From the IMG/VR virus record IMGVR_UViG_3300048865_000005: a stretch of DNA of 64,000 bases. One strand, 5' to 3'. Position numbers and translations under genes: made by a program. Position 1 is the first letter of the stretch, and the number at the start of each line of letters is the position of its first letter. The stretch comes from a virus (lineage: Duplodnaviria; Heunggongvirae; Uroviricota; Caudoviricetes). Below the pieces are notes generated by a model. That model had not been told where the DNA came from. It saw only the letters and a program-made list of their open reading frames with translations, and made no database searches. Of the stretch, positions 43,210 to 52,816 are shown one piece after another.

Positions 43210-44072
43210 TGAAAAAGCTATTATCTGTATTTGCAATCACCCTAGCTCTAGTTGGCTGCGACCGCGTAACTGTTCCACCAGCAGCGAAGGGAAAAGTCAT
43301 GTCAACGGACGGCTACTCAGCGGACGTTAAAGAGACTGGTCGTTACTGGCTGTTTGGTAGCGAAAAAATGATTATTCTCGACACTTCTACGCAAACGTAT
43401 GGCGAGAGAATGTCGGTTAAAATGGCTGATGATTTAGCACTAGATTTTACTGTTTCCTTCCGTACACGAATTGCAGGAAACGATAAAGTCATTAATGCGA
43501 TGTTCAACGATATTCGTCCTCAACAATCTGAGGAGAGTAATGTGCTGGAAGTAAGCCTGCCTGCCGTATACAAGGTCTATGGTAGTGCTGTAGTACAAAA
43601 CGCTGCACGTTCCATTGTAAGTAAGTATCGTACCGAAGAGGTAGCAGCTAATTTTGACAAGATTACTGAAGATATGCAGGCTCTTCTCACAAAACGTATG
43701 GTTAACAGTCCTCTTGAGGTAAGCAACATTACGTTAGGGAATCTCGAATATCCTGAAGTGATTGTTAAAGCAATCAATGCACAACAAGAACGAGAGCTAG
43801 CAATTAAGACGGAAAGTAATAATCAAGCTGTCAAGATGGTAGAGAAGACGAATGAACTTAAGTTGGCTCAAGCTGATTATGAGATTCGTATGACACGAGC
43901 ACGTGCATTGCGTGATGAGAATAAAACTACTGCCGAAGGTTTGAACCCTATGCTTCTTGAGTATCGCAAACTAGAAGTCATGGAACAGATGACGAAGAAT
44001 AACAACGCGGTATTTGTCCCTTATGACGCTCTTGGTAGCTCTGGACTATCCAACCGTATTTTCAACAAGTAA
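43209..44072 (+). CDS. SPFH/band-7 (prohibitin/flotillin-like) domain lipoprotein
   Basis: Signal peptide with lipobox LALVGC. Long A/E/K/R-rich helix after a beta-rich region (EVIVKAINAQQERELAIKTESNNQAVKMVEKTNELKLAQADYEIRMTRARA), typical of SPFH. Confidence 0.55.
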   Translation: MKKLLSVFAITLALVGCDRVTVPPAAKGKVMSTDGYSADVKETGRYWLFGSEKMIILDTSTQTYGERMSVKMADDLALDFTVSFRTRIAGNDKVINAMFNDIRPQQSEESNVLEVSLPAVYKVYGSAVVQNAARSIVSKYRTEEVAANFDKITEDMQALLTKRMVNSPLEVSNITLGNLEYPEVIVKAINAQQERELAIKTESNNQAVKMVEKTNELKLAQADYEIRMTRARALRDENKTTAEGLNPMLLEYRKLEVMEQMTKNNNAVFVPYDALGSSGLSNRIFNK

Positions 44073-44092
44073 TAGGATTTAACGTAGTTTTT

Positions 44093-44611
44093 ATGGAAGC
44101 GATATTAGTAACAATCATAGTATTCACAGTACTCACATTGCTTTTTATGCTTGTCGGGCATAATCGGGATGCAAGCCAGCGCCGAAAGGCGCTACAGAAT
44201 TTAAAAAAGCTGGAATCAAGGAAGGAACCAATCCTTGTCGAACCTAAACGGAGGGAAGTAGTAAAGAAGCCTCTCAATACCGTTAAGGCTCCTGAAACAC
44301 CACGTAAGGTTGAGGCTTCTCCCTTGTTCGAAAAGCCTTATAGTACTTGTAGTGACCGTTCAGCAGTCAGTAAGGAAGACAATACGGCTAGTCAGTTATT
44401 GTATACGCACATGTTGCTATCTACTGTAGATGACGAGCCTAGTCGTTCTAGTAGTAGCCGTGACGATGATTGTCGAACGAGTTCTTCTAGTTCGCATAGT
44501 TCATTAGATGATGACAACAAGCGTAGCTACTCTTGTAGTACAAGTAGTTGGGGCAGCTCTGATAGCAATTCCTCTACTTCCTATGATAGCGGTTCCAATA
44601 GTTACGATTAA
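44093..44611 (+). CDS. membrane-anchored Ser/Asp-rich low-complexity protein
   Basis: N-terminal TM (ILVTIIVFTVLTLLFMLV). C-terminal SSSSRDDDCRTSSSSSHSSLDDDNKRSYSCSTSSWGSSDSNSSTSYDSGSNSYD. Confidence 0.5.
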   Translation: MEAILVTIIVFTVLTLLFMLVGHNRDASQRRKALQNLKKLESRKEPILVEPKRREVVKKPLNTVKAPETPRKVEASPLFEKPYSTCSDRSAVSKEDNTASQLLYTHMLLSTVDDEPSRSSSSRDDDCRTSSSSSHSSLDDDNKRSYSCSTSSWGSSDSNSSTSYDSGSNSYD

Positions 44612-44629
44612 ATCGTAGGCAATAAAAAA

Positions 44630-44661
44630 GCCCCTACTTCGCTGGCTAGACGAAGAGGGGC
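44630..44661 (-). terminator. strong rho-independent terminator ending the leftward late operon (between convergent blocks)
   Basis: GCCCCTACTTCG-loop-CGAAGAGGGGC stem. On minus it is followed by TTTTTTATT. A-run on the plus side. Confidence 0.65.
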
Positions 44662-44727
44662 TAAACTTGAGGATTATATTTTAAGTTGCGTTTAACGCTT
44701 ATTATTATTTTAGCTGAATTACCTTTG

Positions 44728-45012
44728 TTACTTTCCCTTCTTTTCTAGAGAGTCTTCAAGATTCTTTAGCCTCTCATTATAGAGCACTACCCTTTGCTCT
44801 CTGGTATTTTGATAGTTCATCAAACTATTATCTATTCGATTAATCTTTCCCTCAAAATACGCCCTATCGGAATCCATACGCTCCGTAATTCTTTTATCTA
44901 AATCGTTAAGAGCGCCGTAGTACACACGTTCTTTAGTGATTTGAACCATCATAAGAATAGCGAGAGTTATAATTACAAGTTGGGCTAACGCGCTGATATA
45001 TCGTAACCACAT
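44728..45012 (-). CDS. small membrane protein (lysis-associated?)
   Basis: 94 aa, with TM YISALAQLVIITLAILMMVQI followed by a coiled segment. Confidence 0.45.
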   Translation of the reverse strand: MWLRYISALAQLVIITLAILMMVQITKERVYYGALNDLDKRITERMDSDRAYFEGKINRIDNSLMNYQNTREQRVVLYNERLKNLEDSLEKKGK

Positions 45013-45033
45013 AACACTCCCTCACAATATTCT

Positions 45034-45297
45034 TTACTTCTTCTCACTCATCGCTTTAACAAGTTGTACAAGGAAGTCAACACGTCCACCAAGATCATTA
45101 AATCTATTGTCCATATTCTTATTTAGACGATCTTCTAGTGCTTGAGCTTTTGTATCTGTCATTGCTGTAGCAGACAGTGTAAACACGCGCTCTTCTAACT
45201 TCTGTTGTTCCTGCCATTGCCAGCCAGCAATAAGAAATAACACTCCAAATAATACGTTCTTTAACCCTTCGTAGCGGTTATCATTGTTGGAAGCCAT
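45034..45297 (-). CDS. small membrane protein (lysis-associated?)
   Basis: 87 aa, with TM LKNVLFGVLFLIAGWQW. Confidence 0.45.
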   Translation of the reverse strand: MASNNDNRYEGLKNVLFGVLFLIAGWQWQEQQKLEERVFTLSATAMTDTKAQALEDRLNKNMDNRFNDLGGRVDFLVQLVKAMSEKK

Positions 45298-45594
45298 TTA
45301 TTCTTTCTCATATATTTGTTTTTGTTCTAATTTCCACTCCCGAAGGGACTGCTTATCTTCGTTACATTTTGCTAGGTTGTATGTTTGTGAGACATACGCA
45401 CCTACTAACGCTCTCTTGTCTTCGAAAGAATCTCCTGTAAGAACAGGAGGAGCTTCTACAGCACAATCCATCAGAAGCATATCACTTGGAGTTATTAGTA
45501 CCGGGCTTGGCTGTTTGGTAAGCTGAGTTGAGCAACCGCTGAAACTCAGTATCAGCATCAGACAGGCTACCGGGTACAGGCTCTTTAGATTCAT
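45298..45594 (-). CDS. o-spanin (Rz1-like outer-membrane lipoprotein), overlapping the i-spanin
   Basis: Signal plus lipobox LILSFSGC. Pro-rich mature part. Its 5' end overlaps the 3' end of the i-spanin gene in another frame. Confidence 0.65.
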   Translation of the reverse strand: MNLKSLYPVACLMLILSFSGCSTQLTKQPSPVLITPSDMLLMDCAVEAPPVLTGDSFEDKRALVGAYVSQTYNLAKCNEDKQSLREWKLEQKQIYEKE

Positions 45595-45937
45595 TGTTGT
45601 TGACCTGTATAGGTTTGTTAAACGCTGGTTCTTTGATTCCAGCTAACGTAGCCTTCGCCTCTGTAGCCTTATCACTTATCGTCTGCTTGGCTTTGACGTT
45701 GTTCAAGTCAATTGTCTGCGTAACTTCACACGACTTCGTTTGCTTCTCTTGAGAGGCTTTTAAATTCGCATAGTCGCTAGTCAATGTGCTTATCTCGGCT
45801 TTAGCTTTCACTAGAGCTTTATGCTCATAAGCAGCGAACAAACTAACTCCGAGACACAACAGTAACAAACCCATTATCAGATGCATAGATATTGCAGATA
45901 ATCCAGAGGTGAAGAGTGAAGTTATTTTACTTATCAT
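45482..45937 (-). CDS. i-spanin (Rz-like inner-membrane protein)
   Basis: N-terminal TM (MHLIMGLLLLCLGVSLFAAY) followed by a coiled-coil periplasmic domain. Precedes and overlaps the lipoprotein gene. Confidence 0.65.
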   Translation of the reverse strand: MISKITSLFTSGLSAISMHLIMGLLLLCLGVSLFAAYEHKALVKAKAEISTLTSDYANLKASQEKQTKSCEVTQTIDLNNVKAKQTISDKATEAKATLAGIKEPAFNKPIQVNNNESKEPVPGSLSDADTEFQRLLNSAYQTAKPGTNNSK

Positions 45938-46166
45938 CTTCTTCCCAAAACATTTTTCCGTTGTCGGCTAAGTCTTGTTTGATATACCTACCAACAAAAC
46001 CCAAAATACCTAACACACAAGCACTCCCTATCACCGTCCACATCGCCATATATGTACTTACAACTCCGAGAACTGTAAGACCGGCAGTAGACAGGGCAAC
46101 GAAGATGTTAGCTATGTGGGCAAGATTTATGTAATTCTTGAATCCTTCATTTCTTTGCTTGCTCAT
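45927..46166 (-). CDS. holin (pinholin-like, 2 TM)
   Basis: 79 aa. Two TM helices (IANIFVALSTAGLTVLGVV, TVIGSACVLGILGFVG). Charged C-terminus. Adjacent to the SAR endolysin. Confidence 0.6.
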   Translation of the reverse strand: MSKQRNEGFKNYINLAHIANIFVALSTAGLTVLGVVSTYMAMWTVIGSACVLGILGFVGRYIKQDLADNGKMFWEEDDK

Positions 46167-46698
46167 AGAAATCCTTTACTTCTTGTGGCGGATTACCCAT
46201 ACACCATTGCCACTCATTAGTTCTACGTATAACCAAGCCGTTAAGCTTCTTATTCCCGGCATATACCCACCGAGTAAGTTGGTCACATGCTAATCCGTAC
46301 TGCTTATTGTTTAGTCGCTTTATCAGCGTAGAGGATCGGACATTACCTATACCTACGTTGAAAGTGAATGAAACCAATGCAGCGTGCATATAATCAGACT
46401 TATACGGAACCTGAACTACACGAGATAATTCATTGTCATGCTTCTTAACATCATCAGCTAAGAGCTTGACACATTGTTCGTCAGTAAAGACTTTCTTAGT
46501 ATCTAAGCCTCTGTCCATGTGTCCATAACAAACAGTCGGCAAACCTACTGCATCTAAATATGGCTTATTTCTTAGCCCCTCACTTGGAGCAATTAAGAAT
46601 GCACCGGACAGTGCTAAAGCTCCCGAAAGTCCGTAGGTTGCTAATTTCTTATATAGCGTATTATTAAGTGCCATGATTGCCTTCTTATTATTATGCAC
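46147..46698 (-). CDS. SAR endolysin, glycoside hydrolase family 24 lysozyme
   Basis: T4-lysozyme-like catalytic triad context E-G-LRNKPY-LD-AVGLPTV-CYGH. N-terminal weakly hydrophobic Gly/Ala-rich signal-anchor-release segment (LATYGLSGALALSGAFLIA). Confidence 0.75.
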   Translation of the reverse strand: MHNNKKAIMALNNTLYKKLATYGLSGALALSGAFLIAPSEGLRNKPYLDAVGLPTVCYGHMDRGLDTKKVFTDEQCVKLLADDVKKHDNELSRVVQVPYKSDYMHAALVSFTFNVGIGNVRSSTLIKRLNNKQYGLACDQLTRWVYAGNKKLNGLVIRRTNEWQWCMGNPPQEVKDFYEQAKK

Positions 46699-46717
46699 TT
46701 CCTTGTGCTTATTATTA

Positions 46718-47335
46718 TTAAGAGATATCTTTGAAAGGGTTTATTTCAAAAGTAAAACCTGCAAGATATTTGTACTCTTGTTCTTTTGTATACACCGTAG
46801 TGTTATCTTTAACTTTAAGCTTGTTACCTAACTGCATAACTAAAGCTCTGTTTGACTTTCCATAACGCCATACTCCATAGAACATATAGAAGTGACCACA
46901 CTTCAAGAACTGAGTACCAGTGTTATTAAAGTCATCACGTACATAGTCTTGACCATGTAGTTTCACAACTTCGTTCTTTCTTACATCGCAAGATAGAATG
47001 AATCGTTTGAAATAGTTAAATGGATTACGAACAGCAGTCCACCAAAACTGCCCCATAAAGCTAGTGTTCTTCATTCCGAAAGGAATATCTCTACCAGCCC
47101 AACGGTAAGATGTATCGCCAAGCAACCCATCTACTGAGTTGTTCCACCACTTAGCCCAAGAGGGGAGTTGACGGAACCACCACTCGTTTTTACCATCTGT
47201 TTGATATGTAGCTTCTTTTTGGCTATCGTCTGGCTTCAGTAGTGCGAGAGGTACAATAACGAAACCCAAAAGGATTCCAATCAGTTGTACAATCACCTGA
47301 AAGAACCAAATAAAGCCCGCTCGAATGTAGTTCAT
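46718..47335 (-). CDS. membrane-anchored protein of unknown function (Trp-rich)
   Basis: N-terminal TM (FIWFFQVIVQLIGILLGFVIVPLALL). 205 aa. Confidence 0.5.
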   Translation of the reverse strand: MNYIRAGFIWFFQVIVQLIGILLGFVIVPLALLKPDDSQKEATYQTDGKNEWWFRQLPSWAKWWNNSVDGLLGDTSYRWAGRDIPFGMKNTSFMGQFWWTAVRNPFNYFKRFILSCDVRKNEVVKLHGQDYVRDDFNNTGTQFLKCGHFYMFYGVWRYGKSNRALVMQLGNKLKVKDNTTVYTKEQEYKYLAGFTFEINPFKDIS

Positions 47336-47346
47336 AATTATTATTC

Positions 47347-47769
47347 TTATAGTATGGAGTTGTTATCGTGAAGGACGCGAAGAGCTAAGTCACCGGGGCT
47401 ATATTGAGAGGGATTGTCATAGCCTAACAAGTAGGCACAAATTTCACTACAGAACCACTTAGTATCCGACTGAATACCCAAGTGGAATATCTGTGTACCT
47501 ATGATTCCCTTCCAGTCGTACTCTTTGCCACACTCTTTGTAGAACTTCTTAATAATCTCAGATTGGTCTGTATAAGGTAGCGGGATGAAATCCCACTTGG
47601 AAGAATCTACTTCCTGTCTCTTTGCCCTAACTCCACCATCACGTGGGGAGCTAGACAAGAACAAACCATCATCAGTTACAAGTTCACAATGACTGTAAGG
47701 GCTTTGAGTCCATGTACGTATAGCCTTATCGAATAACCTCCCTGCACCCTTATAGAGTGCAAGTTTCAT
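47347..47769 (-). CDS. putative permuted papain-fold (NlpC/P60-like) peptidase
   Basis: His-then-Cys order (SPYSHCELV ... WFCSEICAYL), consistent with permuted NlpC/P60-type hydrolases. Tentative. Confidence 0.35.
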   Translation of the reverse strand: MKLALYKGAGRLFDKAIRTWTQSPYSHCELVTDDGLFLSSSPRDGGVRAKRQEVDSSKWDFIPLPYTDQSEIIKKFYKECGKEYDWKGIIGTQIFHLGIQSDTKWFCSEICAYLLGYDNPSQYSPGDLALRVLHDNNSIL

Positions 47770-47772
47770 CAG

Positions 47773-48477
47773 CTATTCCTTCCAGCTAATAGCGTTAACA
47801 GCCTCTACTGTAGTAGCAGAATCAATGCTAGCGTTCAGCGCATCTTTAGTAGCAATGATCTTTAATTTCAGCTTAGCGAAAGTAGCACCAACTGTCTGAA
47901 TCTGCTTAGCAGTGTGTGGAACCTTAGACCAGACGCCTTTAGAGTCTGCACAAGCAAAGTATGTGCTCCAACCGTCTACAAGTTCGATCAAAGACAACTG
48001 AATAAGACCAGTCAAGTTCAATTGATCTTCTTGTGTAGAGGGATAGGTGTGTGTGGAACCTAAAGCATCACTTTCGAAACCACCAACAATTGCAGCAGAG
48101 CAAGCTAGGTTGATTTCAGCTTTCTTCCTTACCTTTGCTTCAGCTAGTGTTTCAGCAGGAGCGTCAACAATAAGTACCTTGTCACCTACTACGTTAAGAA
48201 CCTTCCCAGCTACAGCCTTAGCAGCAACATCGCGGTATTTTCTGTATTGCTCGTCAGTGATTTCTATAAGTTCAGAAGCAGCCGGAAGTTTGCAATCAGG
48301 GTTATCAATTACAACCATCTTAGGCATTGCTTCTTTATCTTCTACTTCCTTACCATCTTCATCTTTTACTTTAGGACGAACCCAATTAGGGTCGATGACT
48401 TCCTTGGTACGCTCTCCGAAGAGAGACGTACAGTAGAAGTTCATATCTTTTCTATGAATGTAAAATGTATCTAGCAT
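47773..48477 (-). CDS. putative tail fiber assembly/chaperone protein
   Basis: Immediately downstream of the tail fiber gene. 234 aa. Confidence 0.4.
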   Translation of the reverse strand: MLDTFYIHRKDMNFYCTSLFGERTKEVIDPNWVRPKVKDEDGKEVEDKEAMPKMVVIDNPDCKLPAASELIEITDEQYRKYRDVAAKAVAGKVLNVVGDKVLIVDAPAETLAEAKVRKKAEINLACSAAIVGGFESDALGSTHTYPSTQEDQLNLTGLIQLSLIELVDGWSTYFACADSKGVWSKVPHTAKQIQTVGATFAKLKLKIIATKDALNASIDSATTVEAVNAISWKE

Positions 48478-48480
48478 TTA

Positions 48481-50586
48481 TTAATACCCCCATGCTTCCC
48501 AAGTACAAGCACCCGCTGTAGCATCCTGTACAATTAAGAATGTGCTTCTTGAGAAGTTATATGCTGCAAAGTTTGAACCGTTAGTTGGGTCCACTGGTTT
48601 GTTTGAAGTTACAGTTGCTCCGACCATTGCATTCGGGAATGTAATTGGTAGAGTGATAGTGACATTACCGTCTGTTGGGATAGCGTTAGGGACTCGGCCC
48701 CACTGTCGAATCAATCCAGTATCGGAACACTTCCACCAGCCAGTTTCACCTAAAGAAGCAGTGTTCTTAGCCATGTTGCCGGAATGCCACATAGTGTAAG
48801 CAGCATTACCCATAGACCAGCCGCCAACTTTTAGAACGTTGTCAGTATCAAGCCCGAAGTTAATTGCGTATTGACCTTCCCGCAGGAAAGACATAATGGC
48901 AGAGGCAGCGGTATTCGCATTGTTACTTACAACTAATGGAGCTTGAGCGTCGTATTTCCCGTCAGAGGTAGCTGTAGCTGCAATGTTAGGCATCAGTCCG
49001 TTAGCTAACTTACCACCGTAAACAACGCCTCCGTTTAGTAGTGGCTTTAAACCTCCAATCGTTGCAGAAGGAATAGTTACACTGTTGGAGAAGTTGACGT
49101 TGTTAGCAATAACATCAAGATTACCTGCACCGACTTTACCATTACCACCTAAACCGAGAATACGAGCGTCATAATCGATTTCAGTAGCGCCCGAGTGGAA
49201 ATCAATATAAGGCACCTTAGAAATTGTACCTAGTTCCATAGAACCAGTAGCATTCAAAGAACCTGTAACTGTTGGGTTACTAATTGTTGGGCTTGTGGAG
49301 TTAGCTTTACTGGAAACGGCATTGGCTACCGCTGTATTTACAAATGCAGTGTTCGCTAATTGAGTGTTGTTAGTTCCAACGGCAGCAGTCGGAGCAGTCG
49401 GAGTACCAGTGAACGCTGGCGAGGCAAGATTCGCGCTTTCCCACCAGCCCGACCAAGAGTTCGCGTCGATAGCATAAGAAGTGAATATACGCTGTTGAGT
49501 TTGGAAAGTACGAACACATGAAGCCAGAGCGGTAGTGTCTTTGTACTGCACGTTATAAGTGAGCGAACCGTATACGGTAGTGCCTGAAGGGATAACGTTT
49601 AACCCATTACTCCCACCGTTGACGAAGCCAGAACGCATACCATGACCGGCAGAAATAATGCTTGCCGGAGTTGCCGCAGGATCAGCGTAAACTGTTCCAC
49701 GGAAGTCAGAGTAAGCCCCGATACCGTAGCTAGTTAACTGGTTCTGTACAAACTCTGTAGTAGCTAGCTGTGAAGTGGCTGTGTTTACAGCGGCTGTATC
49801 CGCTGTAGGAGTACCGACCAAACGAAGGTTTGTGGCTTCGTTAAAGCCGACCATAATCCAAGAACTATTCGAATAAAATGTTGACTGCCGACCTTGTGTT
49901 AGAACAATCCCCGCATCTGTAGTACCTCCTTTAAGAGTTACCTTAAAGTTTCCTGCTGTACGGTTGAAGACGGTCCAAGTGCCAGAGATAGGGAACATGA
50001 CGCTAACGTTAGCAGTCAACGTACCTTGAAGGATGATAGTACCGCGCCCTAGTTCGGCAGCAGTAAGGGTTACATCGGAACTTGCAAGGTTTTTGTATAC
50101 AGTTCCATTAACAAGAGTCTGTACAAACTGCGTAGTAGCTAAGCTTGTATCGTTATCACCGTCCGCAGGAGTTGGTGCTTTCGGATCACCTGTGAACGTC
50201 GGAGAAGCGATAGGAGCAAACTTCTTGCTTGCATCTGCTTCGCTGTAACCTACTGGCTTCCAGTATTTTGCAGCGCTATCTGTAGTCGGGTCTTGTACTG
50301 TAGTTGCCGGACCACTAGCTGCAACAGAGCGATAAAGATTACCGTCATTACCTACAACGTATGAAAGACCGCCTGCAACATAATTGACAGACTTATCGTA
50401 AGTCGGGATACCGTGTTGAAACAGATATGCAAATGCAGTATCCACACGGTTCATGAACCAGTTGAACCACTGACGCGGAGGAACTTCAACTTCCCATCCG
50501 GTTTGAATTTTAGTTGACGAAGGAGTAACAGTGTCCCCGCCGGATGCCCATAGAGAGGTAAAATCCGGTTTAGTAATTTCAGCCAT
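48481..50586 (-). CDS. tail fiber protein
   Basis: 701 aa, Gly/Thr/Ser/Asn-rich with repeated beta-rich segments (TAAVNTATSQLATTEFVQ and TGTPTAPTAAVGTNNTQLANTAFVNTAVANA repeats). Follows the baseplate I-like gene. Confidence 0.7.
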   Translation of the reverse strand: MAEITKPDFTSLWASGGDTVTPSSTKIQTGWEVEVPPRQWFNWFMNRVDTAFAYLFQHGIPTYDKSVNYVAGGLSYVVGNDGNLYRSVAASGPATTVQDPTTDSAAKYWKPVGYSEADASKKFAPIASPTFTGDPKAPTPADGDNDTSLATTQFVQTLVNGTVYKNLASSDVTLTAAELGRGTIILQGTLTANVSVMFPISGTWTVFNRTAGNFKVTLKGGTTDAGIVLTQGRQSTFYSNSSWIMVGFNEATNLRLVGTPTADTAAVNTATSQLATTEFVQNQLTSYGIGAYSDFRGTVYADPAATPASIISAGHGMRSGFVNGGSNGLNVIPSGTTVYGSLTYNVQYKDTTALASCVRTFQTQQRIFTSYAIDANSWSGWWESANLASPAFTGTPTAPTAAVGTNNTQLANTAFVNTAVANAVSSKANSTSPTISNPTVTGSLNATGSMELGTISKVPYIDFHSGATEIDYDARILGLGGNGKVGAGNLDVIANNVNFSNSVTIPSATIGGLKPLLNGGVVYGGKLANGLMPNIAATATSDGKYDAQAPLVVSNNANTAASAIMSFLREGQYAINFGLDTDNVLKVGGWSMGNAAYTMWHSGNMAKNTASLGETGWWKCSDTGLIRQWGRVPNAIPTDGNVTITLPITFPNAMVGATVTSNKPVDPTNGSNFAAYNFSRSTFLIVQDATAGACTWEAWGY

Positions 50587-50615
50587 TTATTATAATCCTA
50601 TTATTATTCTTTTAT

Positions 50616-51353
50616 TTAGTAGAGCGTTGCGAAAGTACCGCCAACTGAGGGTTTATTAATATCCCCAAACCCTTTAACACCGGATGCACCCTGAAAGCCA
50701 AAATAATTATTAGATTGGAATTCACCGTACTTAACAGATACACCGACAGGTTTAGGAAGTAATCGGGAAGGGTAGCCGTCTGTGTAAGTTACGTAATTCA
50801 GTAGTGCTTTTTCAAAGCTAGTTAAACCTCTTCCGAAGTAGACCAGTAGTCCAGCCGTATCTTCATAGATATAAATTTGATCTACGTCGAAGATGAGTTT
50901 TACAATTTTGATATATTCTTCAGGGGTACATGCAGTAACGTTTTTATAGATTTTTGCTTTGATAAACTTTCGATAAGTAATGTCGTCTAACTTAACATTG
51001 CCTCCCATTGATTGACCTAAATCATAGAACCAACCACCAGCAGAACTAATATTTAAATCTCCGAAAGTTTGAGCATCTGTAACACCTTGCATAGCAAAGT
51101 ATTTGTAAATCTCTGCTTCGATAAGTGTTCGTTCTTGTCCAACAATATTACCGATTAAATCTAACTGAGCACCTGTAGCAGTATCTACGCTACGTAGCTG
51201 CATCAAGTCTTTGAAAACTCCTTGTAGTTCTTCTTGTCCGTGCAATAGTAGTTGTAGGAACTTGTCGAATACAGGTTTGTTTTTAAATTGCTCAGTTACT
51301 CGGCTTCTTGCTTGTTCTAGATAGTCTACTTCTTCAAATTCGTTAACTGCCAT
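50616..51353 (-). CDS. baseplate protein (gpI/Mu gp48-like)
   Basis: Position after the J-like gene and before the fiber. 245 aa. Confidence 0.5.
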   Translation of the reverse strand: MAVNEFEEVDYLEQARSRVTEQFKNKPVFDKFLQLLLHGQEELQGVFKDLMQLRSVDTATGAQLDLIGNIVGQERTLIEAEIYKYFAMQGVTDAQTFGDLNISSAGGWFYDLGQSMGGNVKLDDITYRKFIKAKIYKNVTACTPEEYIKIVKLIFDVDQIYIYEDTAGLLVYFGRGLTSFEKALLNYVTYTDGYPSRLLPKPVGVSVKYGEFQSNNYFGFQGASGVKGFGDINKPSVGGTFATLY

Positions 51354-51361
51354 GATGTACC

Positions 51362-52804
51362 TTATGTATTAATTGTTATATTGGCAGAAGAAAGAGAAGC
51401 AATAGAATCAAACGCAATATTTACGTTTGCACTACTTAGTGTCTTAGCAGAAGTACCAATCTTTAAGTCGTCAATCTGATGACCAGCGATAGAGTTAATC
51501 GGTGTATACAATCGGCTAAAAATTACTGGTTCACCTACCTTAAATTTACTCTCAGCGTAGTTAATCAAGGCAGTACGAATGTCGTCTGGCCCTGTTGCTG
51601 GAAAGTCATTGTCTGTAGTCAAGCTGAGCGTGATATACAGAGGGACTTGAGTAGGACGTTTAAAAGCGATACGACGTGTGAATCCTTCGCTATCTGTGAC
51701 GTCTACGAATGTATCCCCATAACTCTTAATTCCAGAAGGCTTCTTACTCCAAATAGCCTTTGCAATTGCAGAGCTTAATCCACCTACTACAACTGGCATG
51801 AATGAGTGTGGAGGGATACCGTAAGCATCCACTGTTTCACCTTCATTCTCATAGATGTAAACTTGCTGGACAGAGTGAACGCTAATCAGAGCAGAGTAGA
51901 GAGATTCTAAACTGTTAACAGCTTTCTCGAACTTAGTATTCTTAAAGCGTCGTCTCAGTTCTTCATCTGTTTCTTCATATGCGCCTTCAGATGCAGCGGC
52001 AGGATTGTAAACGCTGTCCCATCCGAGAACTGGTGTCAAAATGCTTGTGATTGTTTTTGCTTCTGCCGAGTTGGGGCCGGGAGTTGTTGCCAACGCCTCT
52101 CCAATCTTCTGGCATTTAGTGATATTTAAGTTATTACTTACAGCGAAGTTTACAGAGCTAAGTACATCGACTTTAGTAATCCGTAAAACACCGTTAGAAA
52201 CCGTTGCGGTTAGAGATGCATGGCTACTTGAAATGCTATCAAGCAAGCCTTGAAGGATTACTGCTTCTGTAGCTGTAGCACCACTGGTAAATGTGATCGC
52301 GTTAGTTGTATAAGCTGTAGCGTAGGTAATTGTGTAAGCCGTCTTTGCAGCTACCGTACCAATCTTGACACTAATACCAACAGCATTAGAAGGGGAGAGA
52401 GCTACAGATGATGCTGTTTGCCATTGCACATTTGACGTGGAGCTTTGAACTGTCTTGCCCGTTGAGATAGTAGTCCCGTTATCACCTTCAAAAACAAGGG
52501 GGACTGTAGAATAACTATCTGAGTTACGAGTCTCGCCACCAAGGAATACTAGATTCTCTAATGCAATCCCTGTTGCAGAGTTAACGTCAAATGCTGAATA
52601 GTCGTGTTGTGCAGCTTCCCATAAGTCATGTAAGGAAGGAGCGATAAGCCCGATTTGACGCCCAATAGCCGTACTATCTGAAGTATCGACTGCCTCGCCT
52701 TCCGGCACTAAATCCTTAAATAACTCTACAGCTTTAGAGCGTAGAGAAGTAATAATTTCATCTAGACGTTTTACTACAAAGCCTGTATCTGAAAGACCAG
52801 CCAT
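51362..52804 (-). CDS. baseplate wedge protein (gpJ/gp6-like)
   Basis: 480 aa, between the W/gp25-like and I-like genes. Conserved Mu/P2 synteny. Confidence 0.55.
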   Translation of the reverse strand: MAGLSDTGFVVKRLDEIITSLRSKAVELFKDLVPEGEAVDTSDSTAIGRQIGLIAPSLHDLWEAAQHDYSAFDVNSATGIALENLVFLGGETRNSDSYSTVPLVFEGDNGTTISTGKTVQSSTSNVQWQTASSVALSPSNAVGISVKIGTVAAKTAYTITYATAYTTNAITFTSGATATEAVILQGLLDSISSSHASLTATVSNGVLRITKVDVLSSVNFAVSNNLNITKCQKIGEALATTPGPNSAEAKTITSILTPVLGWDSVYNPAAASEGAYEETDEELRRRFKNTKFEKAVNSLESLYSALISVHSVQQVYIYENEGETVDAYGIPPHSFMPVVVGGLSSAIAKAIWSKKPSGIKSYGDTFVDVTDSEGFTRRIAFKRPTQVPLYITLSLTTDNDFPATGPDDIRTALINYAESKFKVGEPVIFSRLYTPINSIAGHQIDDLKIGTSAKTLSSANVNIAFDSIASLSSANITINT

Positions 52805-52816
52805 TTATTAACCTCA

